The notes below the pieces were generated by a model. It was given only the letters and a program-made list of their open reading frames with translations. It had not been told where the DNA came from and ran no database searches. Both the position numbers and the translations under genes were made by a program. Shown in pieces: positions 26,292 through 37,789 of a stretch of 64,000 nucleotides of DNA; position 1 is the stretch's first letter, and each line of letters opens with the position of its first letter. Origin of the DNA: Thalia democratica (lineage: Eukaryota); contig OZ241828.1 in assembly GCA_965202585.1 (NCBI GenBank), positions 37,448,001 through 37,512,000 of the forward strand, read 5' to 3'.

Positions 26292-28405
26292 GTTTGTTTG
26301 CAGATTTGTTTTAAAAAATGTTTTTTGTTTAGTTTATTAATTAATCTTAAGTATAAGTTAAAATATTTTAAGGACATGATTATTTTGCACGCGTGAAACA
26401 ATCGATTTATTATTTTACCGAGCGGAATAAACTTATCTGTAAAGTCTTAATTAAAACATTAGCTACATGTGAATTTAAAAACTTGTGAATGTTCTATTAA
26501 AGTATATTAAAAAAGCTATAAAATCTTGTCAATCAACAGATAATGAATAACTTTACTATGAGTTAAAACAACATTAAAATGTGATCTCCAAAAATGTTTA
26601 TTTACATTTCGTTTTGAGGGATCGGTGTTATTTATACTCATATAGAATATTAGAGAATAAAAGTATTTATGCTAAAATTACCACAAAACTAAAATAAAAG
26701 TTTTCTCAGTTATCATTAATTATTAAATGCAAAGGTTCTAACCTTAGTAATACTCTTTACCATTTCAGCTTACAAGCTTCCAAAGTTTTTCGTAACTCGA
26801 ATCGCAATTAAACATCAATTAATCAAAGCTATTTGTGTTAAAGCTGATTAAAATCTCATCGCAGTGCAATTAGGGCAAGTGTGAAACCCCAACAATCGCC
26901 GCATTTTGTTTATTTGGAAACGGAAGTCGCTTCCAAATAGAAAAATGACCTTTCGTCACTTTCAGTTCTTTTTTTAGCGCAAACAGTATCAATTATTCAA
27001 GTTTTCTTCTTCTTCTTGCTTATTGTCCATTGCCTGGCGTTTTCAACTTCGTGTAACATAAACATGCATCGCGTTTTTCTCTGATTTCAAAATAATAACC
27101 GCTGAAAAGTATTGTGTTGCTGTTTAAAGCTGGATGTGTGTCATCTTTCCTGCGTAAACTCCTCTATTATCTATTTATTGTCAGAATACTTTCTGTGCAG
27201 TTGTTGATATTGTGGTAATGTTTAAAAACTGAACTATTGTTTAAATAAAATTAATTCGTTAAGTTCGTTTTAGTTTGCATCAAGCTACCGAACGTTACGT
27301 GTGGTTTTGTTTTCATTCTATCATTAAAAATTCTAAAGATAGAGTAACAGGCTTGAATAACGTATTAAGAATAATTAAAAACGTACTTAGATGCTTATCA
27401 AAATACAAATTTTGATTGCCTTGTTATAAATTGAAAAGGATAACAAAAATGTAAAAAAATTTATGAAAGTAAAAAAAAACTTATTGTTTTGAATTTTTTT
27501 TGTTTCTTGAATATTTGCTTTTCTAATATAACATACGAGGTAATAGTAGTAAATTTAAGTTTTATTTAGTAAATATATTTAAAAACGAACAGATTATATA
27601 TGGAAATTGTTTGTATTGCTACCACCTTTATATTTAAAATAAACGACAAATTTTAACACTCTTGTTTTACTGAAATAGTTTACTAAGTTCTTGAAAATTG
27701 AAAAGGTATTCTTATTAACTTTGCAAAATAACTACCTATAAAACTTCTATCAAAACGACCATAAAAGTACATATGTTTATACTACACAGCATCATTTTTT
27801 AAACATTTTGCTAGTATTTAAATACTTCAAAAAATAAGTACTTGAAACTTTTTTAAACGATCAACTAATACATTAATAGAGTAGTTAGCCAAAATATAAA
27901 ACATAACTACTAAATTTTACGCAAAAAAACTTAACAGTAAATAGTTTTTATTTTTAAAACTTAGTTTAAATTTCATTTTTTTTTTTATGACCATTACTTT
28001 CTAAATTGAAATGAGTAAACACCTACTAATCTAGACAATATACTTATAACAACTTCAAAAGCTTATTTTAAAAATACATACTTAACTTTTTTTTAACTTG
28101 CAATATAAATACGTTTAAGTTTATCCTGAAGCTTAAATCAATTTGAAGATTATAACTTGTTGTTGTAAGATTATATTGATCCATATTGATATGGAAATCA
28201 AGACACTAACATGTTTTTACAGAGTTCTTTAAACATCTAAAAACAAAATACAAATTACTTCTGACGCAATCGTTTAAAATTTTTAGCTACCAACTTCAAA
28301 AAAGATATTAAAACATATTTTTCTGACAAATGATACATCTGATACTAATCCTTGGTTTTTGACGTATAAATTTTATAAAGTTTAGACAAGTTTAAGATAA
28401 AATTT

Positions 28406-28506
28406 GCGAGGGACGCCTATGAAAGCCGCATATTGTAGAAAATTGGTGAAAATCTCTTATCGACACAAAATAAGCGAGAAAATGGTGATAATTTTCATTC
28501 TACTTT
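28406..28506 (+). promoter_or_regulatory. Paralogous module D (intron-1 copy)
   Basis: Blocks GGGAC..CCTA, TATCGA-N6-ATAAGC and TCTACTTT recur inverted and in order at 50972-51080. Confidence 0.45.
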
Positions 28507-29402
28507 ATATCTTGTTACTGATAAACGCAGTAAATTGGTCAGAAATTGGGGGTAAGATATTGTTTTGACTCTGTGTTTAAGTTTGAAGATTTTTTATTTT
28601 TCATTTAGAATGTTTACAATTGCTCTTGTTTATTGAGAAAAGTTTAATTAAACAATTTCAGAAATGATTTTAACACTATGAAACAAAATTGTCCATTTAT
28701 GTACTTGATTACAGGAAAAAAAAATTACCATTGTTTTAGAACTCAACTAAAACAAAGGATACAAGTTAATGAAATATAAAAACTTTATATTGTTCATAAT
28801 TCAGAAATAACATACGTTATAAACAATATACAAAAATATATAGTTTTGACACGATAGGTTAATGCATAAGCTTATACAATATTTTTGATAAAAAGAAAGA
28901 TCTGAACAATTAGTTTAATTACCGACTTAAGTTGCTATACTTATAATACTTTTCTTTCAGTATAAGCATGTCTTTTTTAAGCTTCAAATGAGTAGTCAGC
29001 AACATAGGATTTGTGTTAATATGAAAAAATTAAATTAAAAATCGGAATTATGGCAAGATTTATACCTGGCTAAAAAAAATACTGTTTGAAAACGCAAACT
29101 CACAAAAAAGCAACATTGTGAAAGTTGTGAATTAAGAGCTAGAGACAGGTGTTTACTTAATCGCTTGCCACATGCCGCGTAAAAAACTTTGCACTTTCCT
29201 TACGACGATCAGGCCCTCAGGCTCCCAGCTAGTAGAAAAAAAAGAAACTTTCTGTTTATCTTCGCTTTGCAGCATAATTGACTCGGCTTTGTAAAGCCGC
29301 CTGATCTGGCTTTTGCTTGGCATTATACACATATACAAGAAAGGAACGAGAAATTATTTTCATAATATCGCTAACAACTTTGTTAGTTTGTTTAACACAC
29401 AT

Positions 29403-29505
29403 GCTAATTTTCATCTAATGCATGCCACCAAACGAGATTTCGGGTGGAGATAGGCGTCGCGGCAAATGTCGCTTCAATTTTACACTCTCGGTCAACACGC
29501 TGAGA
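29403..29505 (+). promoter_or_regulatory. Paralogous module C (intron-1 copy)
   Basis: Blocks GCTAATTT(T)C(A/G)TCTAATG, CACCAAA, GTGGAGATAGGC, GG(C/A)AAATG, AATTT and ACAC..GAGA recur inverted at 50640-50735. Confidence 0.65.
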
Positions 29506-30560
29506 CGGATAAAAGAGAAAGCACCAGATATGTTGTGCACCTCCACACAGCATTATGTTCAGGAGAGACATGAGTGCTGGTTTGCTTACAATATAATTCA
29601 TTAAGAGCCGAAAGACGGTGCTAGACTTTGTTTCGTTGCTGAGTCGCTAATGCGTTTTTGTTCAGCAAAGAAATTATTGATTTGCTCCGAAGACCTTTCG
29701 CATAATAGAGGCCTCTTTGCAGTTCTGGTGAAAACGCATCAGGCGAGCAAATGGTCCTTCATGCTCTAACGTATCAAGGAGCAGGAAAAAAAACTGTTAA
29801 TTTAAAATTTAGTCATGCTTTTTGTCCTGTAGAGCCTTCGTTAAAATCTGTTGCATGCAGTTTCTTAATTAAAAGCCAAATGCATGGAACTGCAGTTTAC
29901 TTCAGTTCCAAATGTCAGTCGGTTTTAAAAGAAGAGGACTACTTTTTTGTTTCAACAAGACGGAATGGAAAAGCTGTGACAGATTGTCTTTAGATAGGAA
30001 AGATAACGTCATTTAATTTCTCTTATCGACAGAAGTACTAATGCCGGGGTAACAAGTTTCATATTTCTGTAACAATAAGTAACTTACTTACTACTATGTA
30101 TTAGCAAACTAAACACACATGACATTATAGTCGTAAAAACTCTGAATTGCTTTATGTTTCTTTATACAAATGTTGAAATTTTGTACTTGCTTTAATTATA
30201 TAACGCAAACTGACCGAAACATGCACAAACAACAAAAAGAACAAACAAACTAAAACCATAAAAAGTAACATAGAAAAAATAATATTGTTAACATTAACAT
30301 TTATAAGTTAAAAAAACCTTGAAAGAAACCAGAAAAGGGTGGCGCGTGTGTGAAAAAGCTCAACGCAATAAACCTCGAATGAAACGAGAACGCGTGAGTG
30401 TTTTAATTAAGACTTCCCTTTTGTACACAAAGCTGTTGAGCCCGAATCAATCGTTTCAGATCAAAGCGGCTCGGCCCTGAAACCAGCCAGTTGTTTATTT
30501 TCGTTTCTGCGCACAGTCATCGCTTTCTAAGGTGACTAAGTCGCTTGCTGCAGCTCTAAA

Positions 30561-30729
30561 TTGAAGCGATTGGTCACACCGAAAGTCGTTAGGCGAAAGA
30601 CTCTCATCGAAAATTAACTCGTTAGCCAAATCACCTCTCGTTTCTTAATAAAGGTGGGCATGAAATGTTTGAGCGAAAAAGCCATTGAAGTTCTTCATCA
30701 CCTTTCAATTTGTCAATTTGTGTAAACAA
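30561..30729 (+). promoter_or_regulatory. Paralogous module B (intron-1 copy), 169-bp near-identical core
   Basis: 165/169 nt identical to the reverse complement of 50193-50361. Contains GATTGG (CCAAT) and a Fox-type TGTAAACAA. Confidence 0.9.
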
Positions 30730-30883
30730 ACAGATTGCTGGCTTAGCGCTTATCTAATTAAATAGTCATGAGAATCGGCACTTGATGCTGTAGCTGATGA
30801 AAGTTTTAATCATAAAACAGATTTAGCTTGAAGATTACCGTAACATGACAGCCAGATTGAAATCTATTCTGTTTTATCCTCTC

Positions 30884-30916
30884 TATATAAAAAAGTTGTG
30901 CTTTCGCTTGTCAGTT
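30884..30916 (+). promoter_or_regulatory. Candidate internal TATA-Inr core promoter in GATA intron 1
   Basis: TATATAAA starts at 30884 and TCAGTT has its A at 30913, a spacing of 29 nt (canonical). Confidence 0.45.
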
Positions 30917-31266
30917 ACTTGCACGAGAACCAATACACACCTTAAGTATTTAAATTGCTTTAATGACGAGCTTTAAGGTGTAAAAAGCAATTTTAGTTTT
31001 TCAATACATTGTAAACCCGTTATTATTATTTTAAATTCTTTTTTCACATTGTTTTTTTTAAATATATTCATGCTGAGTACTTAAAACACTGCTTATTGCT
31101 ATTTAGAGTAAAATTCTTAAAACCGAAGTTAGTAACTCAGAAAAAAAGGAAAACAGAAACCTGTTAAGAACTTAATTTATAAATTTTTTACAAGTCTTCA
31201 TTATCTAGTAATATAATTATCTTATGAGTAAATAAACTGAATTAAAAACCAATACTTTTTTTTCAG

Positions 31267-32049
31267 CACGGAGGCTGCACCACCAAGTCCACTCGCACGC
31301 CACCTCGCCAGCCGCCAACCCGGGGCTTTCCCTTTTCTCGTCGTCGGCCAAAAACGGCGTTTTCCACCCGCACCTGCCCGCGGCCGCCCACCACCAGTTC
31401 AACGCCAACCACTCGTGGACCAACAAGCACCGGGGGCTGTACGACTTCAACCTGCCCACTTCCGCCCAGCAGCAGCAGGTCAAGGTCGAGACCACTTCCT
31501 CCGTCTCGTCCAAGTCGGACACGAGCGTGGCGGCGTGCAAGCCCCAAGCGCAAGAGGGGGACACGACCGCGGCGGCGGCGGAAAAGTCAGCGTTCGGGGA
31601 AATAACCAGCTGCGAGAACGGCGCGTCGCAGCAGCTCACCTCCGAGCAGCAGCAGATGACCTTTCACTTCCCGACGCCCCCGAACGAGGACGGGGAAGTC
31701 CCTTCAGCCAACTCGACCCTCGCCCAGCAGGAGAAGGCCGCCAAGCCGCAGGCGTCCAACGAGCCCAACATCATACTCAACGGCGCCTCTATTACGTCAT
31801 ACAACGACCAGGAGTTGGCGGGCAGCAACAAGCTTTCAACCTACCCTTCCGGAGGGACCAACGGAGAGAGCAAGAGCAGCATGAGCTCGGGGCCGACGGC
31901 TTACAGCAGCGCGATGCACACGCAGAGCTTCGCGCAGCAGCAGCAGGACATCAACGAGGTGGCGAAGTACGCGGCTTCCGCCAACAGCCTGTCGACGAGC
32001 CAGTACAGCAACAGCACTCTGGCGAAGAAGAAGAGCAGAACTAACGCGT
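31267..32049 (+). CDS. GATA1/2/3: GATA1/2/3-class transcription factor, coding exon 2
   Basis: Acceptor TTTTTTTTCAG (31266). The 783-nt open frame includes TFHFPTPP (compare the GATA2/3 FTFPPTPP motif) and ends KKKSRTNA. Donor GTGAGT at 32050. Confidence 0.92.
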
Positions 32050-32467
32050 GTGAGTTGTACATGTTGAAATGATGAATTGGAATATTTATGTAGTTGACAG
32101 CGGCTAATTCATAAGAAATTGTACGAATGTGTTTTGCTTAAATTATGCATTCGTTTTATACTTTTTTTAAAATAATAACAATAAAAGATTACGAAAATTA
32201 TTAAAGTACAACTTTTTAAATGTTTTATTGTTTGTAAGCATTAAAGTTTGTTTAGAATAACATGTTATAACGTTGTACTAAAAAAAAACCTAGAAATATA
32301 AGTTTTTATTTTCAATACTTAAATTATATAATAATTAAATAACTGAAAACACCAAAACTAGCTGAACTATTACATGTAAAATACCGCAGCCGAGTTTTAT
32401 GTAAAAGCGGCCTGCGCGTACATTTACTAAACAAACAACCAGTTTGACTTTAAATTAACACGAACAG

Positions 32468-32610
32468 CCCGCGAGTGCATCAACTGCGGGGCGACCACCA
32501 CGCCGCTGTGGCGCAGGGACGGGACCGGGCACTACCTGTGCAACGCGTGCGGTCTCTACCACAAGATGAACGGGCAGAACAGACCGCTGGTCAAGCCGAA
32601 GAAGCGGCTT
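32468..32610 (+). CDS. GATA1/2/3: GATA N-terminal zinc-finger exon
   Basis: [47 protein letters not shown]. Acceptor AACAG (32467), donor GTGAGT (32611). Confidence 0.97.
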
Positions 32611-32827
32611 GTGAGTTTGCTTGTTTTTTAATTAACTTATTCTGTTTGAATAAATTTTGTTTTAAAGCTGATATTTAACAACCTTTAGTTTACTGTAAAA
32701 GTTAAAAATTGTATTTAATAATCTGCACAAATATAATTTATTCAGCTTACAACAACTAATGCTTTTTTTCTTTAAGTTTTCTGTAACATACGAAAGTCAT
32801 CATTAAAATTTAATCTCTTTGCAACAG

Positions 32828-32953
32828 TCGGCTGCGAGGAGGGCGGGCACCAGCTGCAGCAACTGCTCCACCACCCATACGACGCTGTGGAGGCGCAACT
32901 CGAGCGGCGACCCGGTGTGCAACGCGTGCGGACTTTACTTCAAGCTTCACGGG
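32828..32953 (+). CDS. GATA1/2/3: GATA C-terminal zinc-finger exon
   Basis: [42 protein letters not shown]. It is 126 nt and phase 0-0, as in vertebrate GATA2/3. The linker SAARRAGT is GATA1/2/3-type. Confidence 0.97.
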
Positions 32954-32999
32954 GTTGGTAAACACATATATGAGAATAAGCAAGTATGCGCACGGATGT

Positions 33000-34330
33000 A
33001 CGTTTCGCTCTCCCTTAATGGCATCGAGCATTAAGCGCGTAAATATTTAGCAAAGCTGTGCGCGTTAATGAGTTTTAGAGGTCAATTAGAGGAAGCGAGC
33101 GAACGCGTTCACACGGTAAAGTTTATTGAAAGATGAACGCTGAAGCTGACCGCAACCGATCAGCAGCCTGCTGCGTGCATCAGCTTTTGCAGAACAGGTA
33201 GTTAGAGCTGTGTTCAGCCTCAAAAACACGGGAGGTTTTCAAATGTAAAACTTCAATAGCTGCTTGTTTACAAAAACAACGCTCAACTGTTTCAAACTAA
33301 AAAAAAAGACACTGGCATATTTACGCATTAATTACTGATTTTATCACATGCAAACAGTATCAGAGCGTAATTGCTCTCGGTAGCAGCAGCCAATTAGTGA
33401 GAAATGCTTGCACAGTAGAAGGTGCCAAACTTAGATCTCGAAGATTAGCACCAACAAAAACTTTGCTCGCAGCCAGCCACTTTGATTGGAACGGAAAGGC
33501 AAACAAGGAGGCTGTGTTTGATAGACGTAAACCCAATGAATGTCAGTTGTAAACAGAAAGAACACGACGCATGTTTTCAGGCTGGGCGACCGTCATTGAA
33601 TTGGCCTTCGAAATGCAAATAAGATAAATCCAAGTACAAATATCTGGTGCGTCATTGAGAGTGGGAATGTTCGTCGCTTTTTTTGTCCACTTTCGATTGT
33701 TTTTCGTTCTATTCATGCCTTTTTCGGTCAAACTTCAAAGCCGAAACCACACAGGACGGTATTCAATTCAGCATTTTTTTTTTGCTTGAAAACTCGCTCG
33801 AAAATGTTGAACACTTAAACAAACACGGTTAGAAGCCTTATGGACTGAACGCTGTAATTTTCCAAATAAAAAAGCATCTTTCAAAAAAAGCGAGCAAAAT
33901 TTTCGGCTTATTGTGATTTGAAGTGGAAATTGCTCAAAGCGAGAAAATTGTGTGTGTGGAAAAGAAGCGTGGTAATGCACATAATCCAGTTTAGACGACC
34001 AAAGCGCATAGAAGCAAATTGCTGGCCGTTGCAGCCTCTTGCTGATTTTCGAGTGTATTGAAATGTTGTCAGCTTATCTCCTCTGCCGCTGGCATGCCTC
34101 ATGAACTTTTGTTTTCTTTATGCAACTTGCTTCCCATTCTCGCTTGAGCCGCAAAGCAGTGACCTGTCCGCGCTGTCATTTCGAAATTTCAATAAAGGCA
34201 CCGTGTAATTGCGCATTTCATAGGCTGCGTGTATAAGTGTGCTGCATCAAAGATATTGGTAAGGTATTGAGGAAAATGTTTCTTTGCGGCGAATAACTGA
34301 GTTTCATCGCTGAAATCTTGCAGTAATATA
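33000..34330. promoter_or_regulatory. Long GC-richer non-coding block filling most of GATA intron 4
   Basis: About 1.3 kb of high-complexity sequence with no supported ORF, unlike the neighbouring AT-rich introns. Confidence 0.4.
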
Positions 34331-34537
34331 TTAAGTAGTTTTGAATTAGAAAACTAATATAAGTTCTTGCTTAATTGTATTACGTTGTGTATGACACAAA
34401 CTTTTAATTACTCTAAAAAGCTAAAGTACTGAACAAACCTGTTTACAAGACTTTCACTGCAAGCTAAAAAACGTTTAACAATCTCACAGCGCCGCTAACA
34501 ATGACCACAGTAGTAACAGCTAAAATCTCCTTAACAG

Positions 34538-34903
34538 GTGAACAGGCCGCTGACGATGAAGAAGGACGGCATCCAGACGAGGAACAGGAAGATCAGCACC
34601 AAGATCAAGAAGTCCGGGGTGTGCAGGGACGCGAGGTACGACCAGACGTTCAGGTTCCTCGACAACCCCACCGGCTTCGCCAACCTGCAGTCCTACTCCC
34701 AGTCGTTCAACCCGATGCAGTTCAACCCGCACCAGCACCAGCTGGGCCACCAGGGCTTCGGCCACCACGTCAACCACCACTCCATGTTCCCGCCGCCCGG
34801 CCACCACGTCGGCCACCCGGGCATGACACCCGCGCACGCCCACCACACGTCCAACACGCTGGCGCTGGGAATCGGGGCGCACTCCGGCATGGCGATCGGG
34901 TGA
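34538..34903 (+). CDS. GATA1/2/3: GATA basic tail and His/Gln-rich C-terminal exon (to in-frame TGA; or to 34899 if spliced)
   Basis: Acceptor TTAACAG (34537). Reads VNRPLTMKKDGIQTRNRKISTKIKK...GMAIG*. The TGA at 34901-34903 lies inside a GTGAGT donor at 34900. Confidence 0.93.
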   Translation: MNRPLTMKKDGIQTRNRKISTKIKKSGVCRDARYDQTFRFLDNPTGFANLQSYSQSFNPMQFNPHQHQLGHQGFGHHVNHHSMFPPPGHHVGHPGMTPAHAHHTSNTLALGIGAHSGMAIG

Positions 34904-35932
34904 GTTGGGTTTTTAGTTTTTTTTTTTAAAACGGTTCTAAACTATTTTGTAAAGGTTGCTAAAAATAAGTATGTTGATTATCAATAATGTGTTGGTTAAG
35001 TAAAAATGACCATTATTAAAATAAACAACTAGGATGTTTGAAATGGAAACATAAGTTTTTATTAAATTAAGTTCAGTCAAAGGCTCATGCTAACTTATTT
35101 AAAAGTTTAGCATATTTAATTACGCTGATTAAAACTAAACTTAAAGGTAATTTTAAATAGTATTTTAAATTGACAAACAAGTGCATTGCAATTAACAAGT
35201 GATTTTTTAAAACAAGAAAATGTTTGTTTGGTTACACATGCCACATTTTTGATTGCCTCTCATGTTTACTTAACGCTGAAAGTTTCTATGTCGCCATATT
35301 AAATTACATTTTAAATTTAATTACCGGTTGAAATTTTTTCGCTGCACTTTTATTACCCAAAAACCAGTTTACTGTTTTCTAAAACATATATACTTGAGTT
35401 AAAATTAGGATAAGAAATATTAGAAAATGTATGCTTTTAAACGATTGACTGCAGTACTTTAAAAAGTAATTAAGAAATTAACCAAAATAAATAAATAAAT
35501 ATTGTAATTAGAATTAGAACATGCGGTTCCTTGACTTAATGTATGATTAAACACCATAGAAAAAGTGTTTGATTCTTTTAAGTAAAACTAACTATTATTT
35601 TACTTTTAATGATAATAAAAACGTTGCAAACAAATTGAGAAAAACATCTGCAATACAATGAATTTAAGCACCTTACTTTAAGAATTAAAAAATATAAGTA
35701 AAGCATATTTTTTAAAATTATTAACAAAAATTTTCTTTAAGTAAATATTTATTATTGTTTATTGAACTCTCCATTAAAATTAAATTTCATAAAAAAGTAA
35801 GAGTATAAAAAATGTTTATGACATAGTCTAAAAACAACTTCCACCTTTGTGCAACTTTATACAAAAGCGTTTATTGTAAAAACGAACCCTTTTCGCCCAA
35901 AAGTACACCACACTAATTTGTTTTTACTGCAG

Positions 35933-35975
35933 ACTTGATCAGCGCGTCGATCACAGTATCGGACAAAAGTACTAA
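35933..35975 (+). CDS. GATA1/2/3: Probable additional or alternative terminal GATA exon (G-LDQRVDHSIGQKY*)
   Basis: Branch-like CACTAAT, pyrimidine tract and TTTTTACTGCAG acceptor (35932). The phase-2 join to donor 34900 is in frame. A complex UTR-like block follows to about 36250. Confidence 0.6.
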
Positions 35976-37789
35976 TTGTGATGTCACATTGACGACGTGT
36001 GGAAGCAGCAGTGAAAATTAACAGACGCCATTTTCGTTTGCACGCGGCATTGTGAGAGGAGACTTAATTTAAGGATTGGAAGAGCGGTGTTGTTAGATGC
36101 AGTGTGTCGCTTCAGCGTGTCTGCTGAGGATATTTGATTGATTCTGACTCTATCAGAATCTTATGCTGCTTTATAGTACAATACTTTTGCATAAATACCA
36201 TGTTTTGCCAAATTAAATGCTAGTTTGGAAGCGATTTTAAGTATAAATAAGTAATGATTGTTAATTATTTTTTTATGAATTTTAAGGCGGTGTCATATCC
36301 AAATAGTAAAGGTACAAAAACAGTTTTACAGACTTGATTTAATTCACTGTTAGATATTTGCTTTGTTTAATTTACGAAACAAAACATTAAAGCATTTTAA
36401 GCTGTTCTTTTAGTTTATGCATTGTTAAACATTTAAAGCTTTTGGTCTATAGCTTTAAAAAATACATTGTAATAGTGTTATATATTCTTTTACTTTATTA
36501 ATACTCTTCATACTTAAAGTTACTAGCATTTTAGCTAATTTTAAAGGTGTTAATTTACTTTTGTCAGAGAATTTAACACCTTAAATCAATATGATATTTA
36601 CTTTCATACAAACATTTTTATTTTTATTTTTTAAAACTGAGTTATAATTCAAAATTTTAAGTCAAACAATAAAACTTGTTCAAACGTTAATATTATAGAT
36701 TTTGACTTTTAACTTTTACTTGTGAACTTTATTTGTTTAAATATTTTGCTCTGTTTTATGTAAACAAAACGAAATTATTAAATATTTTTGTTGACAATAA
36801 CTCTGAGACAAGAATTTCTCACTTTTTACTCTTAAAATCAAAAAAGTTCTATGATTAAAGTACCGTTCAAGATGAAATTTAATTTTAAAGTAAAAAAGCC
36901 TAAAATAACGTATTTAAATATTCCTTAACAACTTTATTCAGTTCGCTTGGAGATTAAGTTTTATCAATGTGTCTGATTTTACAAACTAATAAGAGATTGT
37001 TGTTTTATGTTATAAACTTATTGCAAAGTTTATTAGTTAACTAACACTCTGTACTCCTTTTATGCTACTTAGCAAAACTAAAAACATTAGTAGAGCTAAG
37101 TCAGATTATCGTTGTGATAACATTTAGTAAAATTTGTTTACTTAATAAACTATTTTAATTGCAAAAACTCTTGTTTTATTTGTTATTCATCTTTTTGATG
37201 AGTAATGTGGTAAAGGTAACGAAATATTAAATAAACATTAATCAGAACTATACACAGAGAAATTTATTACAACTTTTAAATATAAAAATTAAAAAAGTCA
37301 AGAAAAAAAAGTATTATGCAAGATTTAATATTGGATATAAGCATACACTTATTAAATACATTGATAGTTTAATGAGAAATTTCTTTGAATATACTAAACA
37401 ATATAGTTAGTTTATGATTCAGTAATAAATAAAATATAATTCAAATCTCTAATATGCTTAATCTTTAAATGTTTTAGTAAGCTCATATAACTTTTAATAG
37501 TTGATTAAGCTTAAGTATCATATACAATATACATATGTATGTTAAATACTATTGATCTCTTTTCATTTTTTAAAGCTCAAACGTTTTACATACGTTAAGT
37601 TTGATATTTTATCAAAACAAGACTTTACCGCTTTAATCATGAAAAATCTATTTTATACATAGTTCGAATCATTTTACGATTTCTTTTAATCTTTAAAAAA
37701 ACTATATTTTCATTCATTTAATAGTAAGTGGTTCTATAACGCTAAGACTACTAAATTAAACTGTAATATCTTTGATTTTAAGATTTAAA

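Noticed and set aside
25985-26401. Alternative-frame and antisense ORFs over GATA exon 1 (25985-26401, 26103-26396)
   Set aside because: Shadow ORFs caused by high GC3 in the real coding frame.
31217-32044. ORFs 31217-31639 (-), 31263-31553 (-) and 31415-32044 (+)
   Set aside because: Shadows of GATA exon 2; only the 31269 frame splices consistently to the zinc-finger exons.
32954-33034. Read-through of the C-finger exon (VGKHIYENK...) or use of the donor GTAAAC at 32958
   Set aside because: Only the donor at 32954 gives the conserved LHG|VNRPL junction in phase 0.
33378-33389. 12-bp inverted match TCGGTAGCAGCA to about 43440-43451 as a fifth mirrored module
   Set aside because: A single 12-mer with no convincing flanking blocks; such matches are expected by chance among this much island sequence.
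34501-34929. Overlapping ORFs 34501-34929 (+), 34520-34882 (-) and 34693-34890 (-)
   Set aside because: Frame shadows of the GATA C-terminal exon.
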